From: Octopus sinensis
Lineage: Eukaryota
Assembly: GCF_006345805.1 (NCBI RefSeq)
Contig: NC_043005.1
Span: 21,638,001 to 21,702,000 of the forward strand
Length of the DNA stretch: 64,000 nucleotides
Direction of reading: 5' to 3'
Part shown: one piece after another, positions 53,397-62,300 of the stretch
Layout: the number at the start of each line of letters is the position of its first letter
Numbering within the stretch: the stretch's first letter is position 1
Program-made: the position numbers and the translations under genes
Notes under the pieces: generated by a model
Database searches by the model: none
Seen by the model: the letters and a program-made list of their open reading frames with translations, nothing else
What the model was told of the DNA's origin: nothing

Positions 53397-56300
53397 TGTT
53401 GTGTCTGAGGAGAGTCATTTTATTTTTGTGCCTTATAATTTAACACACTCACCGGTAAAATTTCCTCTTATTATTTATTTTTATTTTCCTAAAATTGTTG
53501 TTGCATCTTGCAACCTTTCCAATGGTCTTGAGAGTCAAGACTATTGAAAATGACTCTCCCCAGACACAACAGAATATGTTTCAACACATGAACTCACATA
53601 AAGAATCTTGCAAACCAAATCCAAAAATGAAATATATATACACACACACACACACACACATATATCTATATGTATGTATGTTGATAGATATTTAGGTAAG
53701 TAGCTATGTATCTAGATAGGTAAGTAAGTAGGTTAGTATAGTGGTTGATTGGTTCATTGTAATATGTGGGTGGAGAACACCATATATCAGGCACTTGTAG
53801 AACTTTATTTTACTGAGGTGGGCAGGTTGTCTACTTTGTATACTCAGACAGCTCCATCCTTTGTCATCCCCTTTGTGTGGTTCAACATTTAGAGATCAGC
53901 TCACTACCTGACCTAATATCTTACTGGGTCTTCTTCTTTCATAAGTTCCTTCCACTTTAAGCGATTGGCATCTTCTTTATATAGCTGCCTTCATCCAGAC
54001 ATATCACATGGCCAAGTCACCAGTCTTCTCTCTTGTACATTATATTACACCTATTATGCCTAATTTTTCTGTCAACACATTTAAACTTTTTAGAGCATGC
54101 AAGCTGATATTACACGTTCTGTGGAGCATACTAGCTTCATTCATCTCTACTCTTTGCAAATCCTCTCCATTCACAGTCCACATCTATTGCTATATAGTAT
54201 AGCTGTTTGTACACAACACATAAAATCTGCCTCTCACTCAAAGAGAGAAATGTTTTGTTGCTAACAAGAGTAATAGCTCTCTGGACTTTCTCTGTTTCAT
54301 TTTTAATCAAGCAAAAATACATTCAGAATATCTTCCTCTACTGCTAATTAGGTCACCCATGTAACAGACACTGTCTACAACCTCTAGGAAGCCTCCTGGA
54401 AAATCCAATTCTTGTGTGTCCTCAATGTTTATTGTTCCTGCACATCTGACACATACAAAGGCTACTTTCTCTGTTAACATACCTGTAATTACACTGCACT
54501 TCTGATGTGTGCATGTCTTACCCTGAGTACCATATTGAATTCCAACCAACATCTTTCCTACTTATTTAGCAGGGCACGCACATAATATATATGCAACATT
54601 GATGTCAATTTCTGTTTTCAATTTCAGCTTTTGAAGACATTGACTGTGGAAATCCAAAAGACATTACTGGTGCAGCAAAGTCCTATGAAACCACCACTTA
54701 TAAATCTGAAGTGACCTATACTTGCCCAGAGGGAGAAAAACTAAAGTCAATATGTGAAAAGGACAACAAATGGACTCCAACTGTGGAAACTTGTAAAGGT
54801 AACATATGCTTCTTCTTTCTGTTCTCTCTGTCTATGTAATTTTGTTTTAATTTTGTGTTAAAGAGGAAGACAGACTGAATACATGACAAGTTCCTCAATG
54901 TATGTGGGGGAGAACTCAGACCAGGGACCTCACAAATGGTTGCAGCAAAGTGGACATCTTTAATTCTACCTAAGGGCCGGGTAATAGCATTACACTGGAT
55001 GATAGCTTGATTCCACCAACCAAGAGCTAGAAGTGTAGACAGTTTTTCCTCACCTCTTCCACATAGTTCACATCCATACATTTCATTTACAAGGCTTAGT
55101 TGTGAAGTGAATTTTTAACCATACAGAAAAATTCTACCTTGTACCTTATGTTTGTCAAGTAAACTTACTACCTCCATCTTGATAGCTTTTCTCTTAACTT
55201 CTAGCAGGACATTTCTCTACCATACTTTGCTATCATCTAGAACTCTGTAAATATAATGTCTGAGTTTTTATTTGCTAAAATGTAGCAATCCCCTAATACA
55301 GATTTCTGATGCCCTTGTTATCTTTCATTCAACTACCTATAATTATAATACTACTAATAACAATAATGGTTTCTGATTTAGGCACAAAGCAGTAGTTTTT
55401 AATGGATTGCATTTAGTCAAAACCATGAACACTGCTAATTGCCTGGCACATTGTTTTATTCATCCCCACAAGATTGAAAGCCAAATTTGACCTTGGTTTA
55501 ATCTGAACTGATGGCCAAAAGAGCCTGATTACTTATTGTAAAGCATTTCTTCTAATATTCTAATTAGTACACATCATCATCATTATTAACATCATCATAA
55601 TTTAACATCTGTTTTCTATGCTGGCATGGGTTGGACAGTTTGACAGTGTCTAAATAACTGCAATGCTGCATTAGGCCTAATATCATCTTTGGCATGGTTT
55701 CTGGATATTTTTCCTCACACTAACCACTTTACAGTGTGTACTGGATCCCTTTCCTTGGTTCTGGTAAGATCACCAGTAGCTTGCAAGACAAAATACAGAA
55801 ATGGTAACAAAATGCCCCCTAAGCTAAGTGGGAGTGTATTTGAGAGAGTGAGAGGTAGATTTGTGCTGTGTGTTGAAGGCTAAGGTATGATAGAGCGACA
55901 AGCATAGGTGTCTTACTATAGAGGAGATACACTGGTACTCCATATTACATGATGATAGGTAAGAGTAACTATAAAAGAGATAAAGTTGGTGATAGAAGGG
56001 TACTAGATCTTGCTCTCAAGGTAAAAGATAATGAATATAAGGGAGAATATAGATTGTGGATAAAGAAGGAAGAAAAGGATGCGTAATTTCATAAGGGTGT
56101 GGGAAGAGATGGGCTAGAAGTGAGTGTATTGAGTGATAAAGGAAGATGACGCTTTGGCTGATGGTAAATATCGGTATAAAGAGAGAGGTGAGAGATAGAA
56201 TTGACTCAAGGAGGAGGAAGTGACGAGTACAGTAGCAATGTCATATATTTGTTAGTAGATGAGAAAATAGGGAGGTGATATATAGGGTTTCAAAGTGGAG

Positions 56301-59300
56301 GGAGGTGAGAGTATGATGAAATGTGGAAGTTATGGGTGTTAGAAGATCATCAGGGTGGGTATAGTGAGTGGGGAAACAAATGTGGGAGAAGGGGTCATTG
56401 AGAGTGTGTAGAGAACAATAATAGATAGGAGTGATGTTGAAGATGAGGTGTGGCAAATGTAATATGTAGCCTAGTGTGGAAGGAGAAACTACTGAAAGTA
56501 CAGAGAGTGGGGTAATATATGGAAAGTAGTATGAACAGGGATGATAATGAAAGAGAGAGGGATGTAACTGGTAGTGCCAGAGGTGAGGATGAAATATGTG
56601 CTGATTCTGCCCTCAAATGACTTCAGCAGCTGAGTAGTACCATGTACACATTGAATATAAAAATGAGGATAATGTTACAATCTTCTTGAATGTAGAATAA
56701 TCTCTGTCCAGAAACATTTCAAGAAACCTGCCATCAAAGATTACCTTGGACTCCAAAGATCACTGTGTCCTCTCCAATTATTGTTCTCTGAGCTACAAAT
56801 AATCCTCATCCACACAAACCAATTTTGCCACTCTCACATAATTTCCCCTGAAGACAGTAGCTTCCTCTCCATCCTCAAATTCTTTACAAATGCAGATTAG
56901 AGATTGACCAAAGAGCAAACACACTGTTGTCTGACCTTTCAGCCTCATCCATCATGCAACCTCTTTTGCTATCAAACACAGAAATACTGCCCTCACTTCC
57001 TTGATAAAGAGTATGAGGTAATCATTCCACACATAACAACAGCTATCTGACATAACTTCATAATGCAGTGGTTGCTTGGACATTGAATAAGTGCATGCTA
57101 CATGATTTCATTTTACTTCATGCTTCTCAAAGAGGTTGGCTTCCCAATGTTCTTCCCTGAGGAAAAGTCTTCCAAAACACATTACCAGTTCATTGTTGTC
57201 ATCGATGACCAAAGCAACCCCGAGAAAAAGGTAATTAAAATTCATTAAAATGACAGATGTATTGGACTTTCAAAGAGGTCAAATTGTTGGTGCTCATATG
57301 ACAGGTGCTAGTGTAACGAAAACAGCTGAAATGTTTGGTGTATCAAGAAGTACTATCTCGAAAGTAATGATAGCCTTTGACAAAGAGGGAAAAACCTTGT
57401 TGAAACAAAACACTGGAAGAAAACCAAAACTTTCAGATAGGGACTGTTGGACTTTTACACGAATTGTTAGAAAGGATCACAAAAGTACTGCTCCCAAAAT
57501 TACTGCAGAGCTTAATGACCACCTCGAGAACTCACTTTCCACAAAACCTGTTCACTGGGAGCTGCACAAAGCCAGATTTCATGAGAGGGCTGCAATCAGA
57601 AAACCACTACTTTCAAAAGCAAACGTTGCAACATGTTTAGAGTGGAGTAAAAATCTACAGAATTGGTTCCTAGATCAGTGGAAGAATGTTATTTTCTTGG
57701 ATGATTCATCCTTTACCTTATTTCCGAACACCGGCTGTGTATACATGTGGAGACAGCCAAAAGAAGCATTTAACGCAGACTGCCTTCTTCCAACTGTTAA
57801 ACATGGAAGAGGTTCTGTGATGATCTGGGGGGGCAATTCACTCTCAGTATGTGTGTATGTGGTCGGGTGTCAGGGTTAAAATTCTTTTAACGTCTTATTT
57901 TGGTCATGAAATTCAAAAGAGAGAGCCTTGGAAATCTGCTGGTTCAATGGTTTCTTTTCATGGCAGAATTAATAGTCAAGACTCCTTAAGCTTTTTATCT
58001 TATCAAATTCATCCTGTTTGCAGAACTGCTTCTGGAAACAAATGCAATCTTTCAGGATGATAATGCCCCTATTCAAACTAAATTTGTTACTGAATAGCAT
58101 AAGGAACATTCTAGTGAAGTTGAACATTTTATGTGGCCACCACAGTTCCCAGATCTCAATATTATTGAACATTTATGGTGCATTTTAGAAAAGCAAGTAA
58201 GGAGTCAATATCCTCCACTATCATCACTACAAGAACTGGAGACTGTTTTAGCTGAATAATGGACAAAAATTCCTTTGGAAACAATTCAAACTTTGAACAA
58301 GTCCATACCTCATAGAATTCAAGCTGTAATTACTTCCAAAGGTGGTCCTACCCCATATTAAAATAAATTTGTCTGAAATTTTAAGGTGTTTCCCTTATTT
58401 TGTCAAACCCCTGTATTTAGGGTAAACAATGAGAATCTGTGATTTTAAGTGCACTAAATGTCTCTATAAAATGAAGTGAAGTGCACTGAGGATCAAACCC
58501 ATATCGTTGACACACATCACTTAATTCCTATTTATACTAAAAGAAAACCTATGGCAAAATAATCAGGGTCGCTTCCTGCATGGAAAACAAATAGCAAAGT
58601 GACTACTTGTTGAACTAAAGTATTATGATTAATTAAAGATTCACTCTCAGTATGTGTGTGGTGGTGTGTCAGGGTTAAAATTATTATGTTCAAATTATTA
58701 TGTATTATTTTGGTCATGAAATTCAGAAGCGAGAGCCTTGTGAAGATAGTCTCTCTTCCTTTTTTCAACTCATTAAAAGTAAAATTTCAACAAATTAAAA
58801 TTTTTTGGTTTGCTACTTTAAGTTGTGAGTGTCCATATTTACAACATAGTTATATGATTCACAAAATGGTAATGGAAGGGAAATGATTTTTACTTTCACA
58901 GACAAACCTTTCAAAAATAGTAAAGTGGTGAGCTACATTTTTTTACATTCTCAGTTCAAATCCAAAAAAGCAGTGTTTCACCTTATATACTTCTGAGGTT
59001 GATAAAACAAGTGCTAGTCAAATACTGAGGTTGATGTATATTCACTGCTCAATGTGCAGAGAAGCTATTGAGTTGTTCCTTGTGTTTGAGTTAGGAACCA
59101 TTATCATTAATATTGTTACCATCAATAAAAATTATAAATATTTTTCTATTAAGGATGTATCCATAGAATCATTGAGTGTCAGATAAAATGAGTTGTGGCA
59201 TTTGTTTTTGTTCTTTAGTTTCAGAGTTCAAATGCTTATGATGTTAACTTTGCCCTTCTAGGGCCAATGAAATTTGATAGTGGTCAGTTGTAGATGCCAA

Positions 59301-62300
59301 TTTCATTGATCAATTCCTACCTCAAAGTTTTAACTTAACCTCGATGATGGAAAATTATTGCTTTTATAGTAGATGTTATTGTTTATTGGTTTAAATTTTC
59401 CTTTAATTGTAGATGCTCAGATCCATTTTGTGAAAGTAAAAGGTGCATCTCTGGCTATAGCTGGGAAAACTGTGTGGAAGAAGAAAAATTTAACAGCAAA
59501 AGACTGTGCAGAAAAATGTTTGTCTATCCCAAAATGTTTATCATTTGAAGTAAATATGGACAAAGGAAAATGTTTCTTATCAAAAGATACTGCAGCTACC
59601 TCCAAAAAAATTATGACAACCAGAATCAGAGATTACTACCAACGAATAAAATGTAATTATTTTTTGTATTTTATTCTACAAACTAGCAATGCACCCCAGC
59701 ATTGCCTGGGTGTTATGACCTACAGCCACATTGTATTATTTGTTCCTTTCTTATGGGCAGAATCAGCACTCGAGGAGCATCAAGTAAATAACTTTTCTTT
59801 ATAAACATGTTTATAAAAATATTTTCCTTTATAAACATGTTTTTCAGTCATTTTCTGATGAACAATATTTTTGGCACCAAAAATATGTACAATGACAGCT
59901 TAGATCAGAAGGAAATCCTAACATTGACCTCAAAATTACCTCAATATTGTGTGATACAGCCTCGTTTTGGTGTTAATTTTTCTAGTAAAATAGAGTTACT
60001 GTTCAAAAAACTTACTTCATGCTGGTAGCTGAAAAATTGCTCAGTCTTTTGATACCCCATATAGCAAATATTGGCAACTCAGTTTCATGACTACAAATTG
60101 GGTAATGTAGAAGCTGAAACAATTCTTCCTCATCCCATAATATTTGTTGATAACACACATATACATGTACATTAGCTTCCCCAATGAAAAGGCTATGTTC
60201 AAAAGTATTATGGTTTTCTGCAAGCATATTTGGTATCAGTTTATATCAATGTTGAGGCCAACAAAATAAAAAGGGACTTTTTGGTTGTATGTATATGTAC
60301 ATATGTAAGGATATGGGTAAATAGGGTTAGTGGTGTGGGCAGTTTGGCATAAATGTATAGGGACGCTGTGCTTCTTGAAAATAAATGGGTTATGCTGCTA
60401 TGCAGAAGTGGGGCAATAGTAAGAAAGCAATGTATGGCTTCATGACAGATGAATGGTGAAAGCCTAAGAAATAAAGTAAAGTATATTAACAAGTTGCACA
60501 AGAAAAGGACTTTGTGTTGCTTTTGAGTGCAACCATGCAAAAGTAAGCAATCAAGACTTAGGGATGTAAAGAAATTGATGCCAAATGAGGATGTAGAGGT
60601 ATCCATATTGCAGAAGGTGAGGTACATGGAAAGGAAGCTGCTTCATTATAGCACCATCTCTGTAATGTTTGGGCAGACTGCATACTTCAGCAAATGTTCA
60701 GTGAAGCTGGCAAAGCTTCTAGGTAAACTATGTTTCATATATCTCCAGTTTTGGTAGAATAAACATACATGTGATCCTTCTTTTCAAAATATCTTGTTGC
60801 TGGTAAAATTGGAAGAATGACACATTAGACACTCTCTCTAAGAAAACAGATAATTGGATAATCGTATTAATTCCATTATGCAGAAGACAGAATTGAAAAA
60901 ATTTTGTGAAAATTTCTGTGAAAATTCTTAAAGAAAGCCCTTGTTCCAAATCATTGCCTGATTCATGAGCTCATTTTCAGCAATCTGAAACCTATATAGC
61001 TGGTTCCAAAGTTCTAGTGCTCTTTTGCTGGCAGCTTTACATTTTGCTATTGCTCTTGTTTAGTAAGTCTTGTTCCTGACATTTGATTCCTTTTTCGTTT
61101 ACATCAGTAGACCACTTGGGTGGTTGGCATACATGTTGCATATTTTAAGCATGACTGGATGCCAACAGGTCTTCCATTTCATTGCCCTATGAAGGTCTCC
61201 TACTAGGCTTGAGAGCTCCAGTATCTTAGATACTCATGGGAATCCATGCCATTACCCGGGTAGGTATTAGTTTCCATCATTGAAACAAATGAAAGTGATT
61301 TTCTACAGGATTTGCTCCCTGAGTGAGTTTTGTTGAGATTTTACAACATCAACCCTAACTTGCCTGCCAGCCAAAGCTTAGAGATGCAAAGTTCACCCTG
61401 TGTAATCTCCCATGTATAAGTTTAGGGTGCTAAAAAAATTTAGTGAAATCACTGCCACTATTATTATCACTACTATTGTTGCTTGTTGTTGTTGCATTAT
61501 ACATATTCTTTAAAAAGATAATTATGCAGAAGAAACAGCAATTAAAATTTGGAATAGAATATTTAAAAACCATCTCATGCATCATTTTATGAATGGACAA
61601 TATATTATTAAAATAAAAAAATTCATCCAGAAGATAATTTTTCACCTTAAGACACACTTTTAAGAATGAATATGTATTCTAGTGCACCAGGATACATAAA
61701 CAAGAGCCCACCTGAATGTTTCAGTTGTAGGTAATCCATTTGTATATCTCTCTTTTAATACTCTGCTTTTGTTTAAGACTAAATGATCATAAAAACATTT
61801 GATATGTTGGTTGACAACCTGTTTAAGGGAATATTAAAACTATACCATTAAAGAAGACAAAGTTTCCTATAAGTCTAAAGATATTCTACAACTCTCATAA
61901 ATTCTGATTAGGGTATCATTTTGTGGATCATTTATTTGTTTATAATAAATCGGCTATTTACAAAATTATACACCACATTCTCCACAGTATTAAATATATG
62001 CTTGAAAATGTGTGTGTGTGTGTTTTTGTTTGTTTGTTTCAGTAGGTGAATGTGTATAAAATATATTTCTTGTTTTCTATTTTATTTCAGTTGATGGAGG
62101 GCCTGTTATGCTGAAAAAGGTTCACATACCAAAGAAGGCTACTTTAGGACGGCTTAGGGATAAAACCTTAAAGGAGTGTGATAAGGCTTGTCAACAATAT
62201 GAAGGATGTAACACTTATCAGTACAATAATAAATCTAAGTTGTGTGATCTGAGTAATGCGACTCAGTTGAGTGATGATGTACTTAAACCCAGCGATGGAA

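Noticed and set aside
59700-61430. Non-paralogous 1.7 kb insert after A4 with several short ORFs
   Set aside because: No recognisable motifs or splice-compatible exon; probably an old unclassified TE. Same for about 7700-8500, 40300-41300 and 50220-51260.
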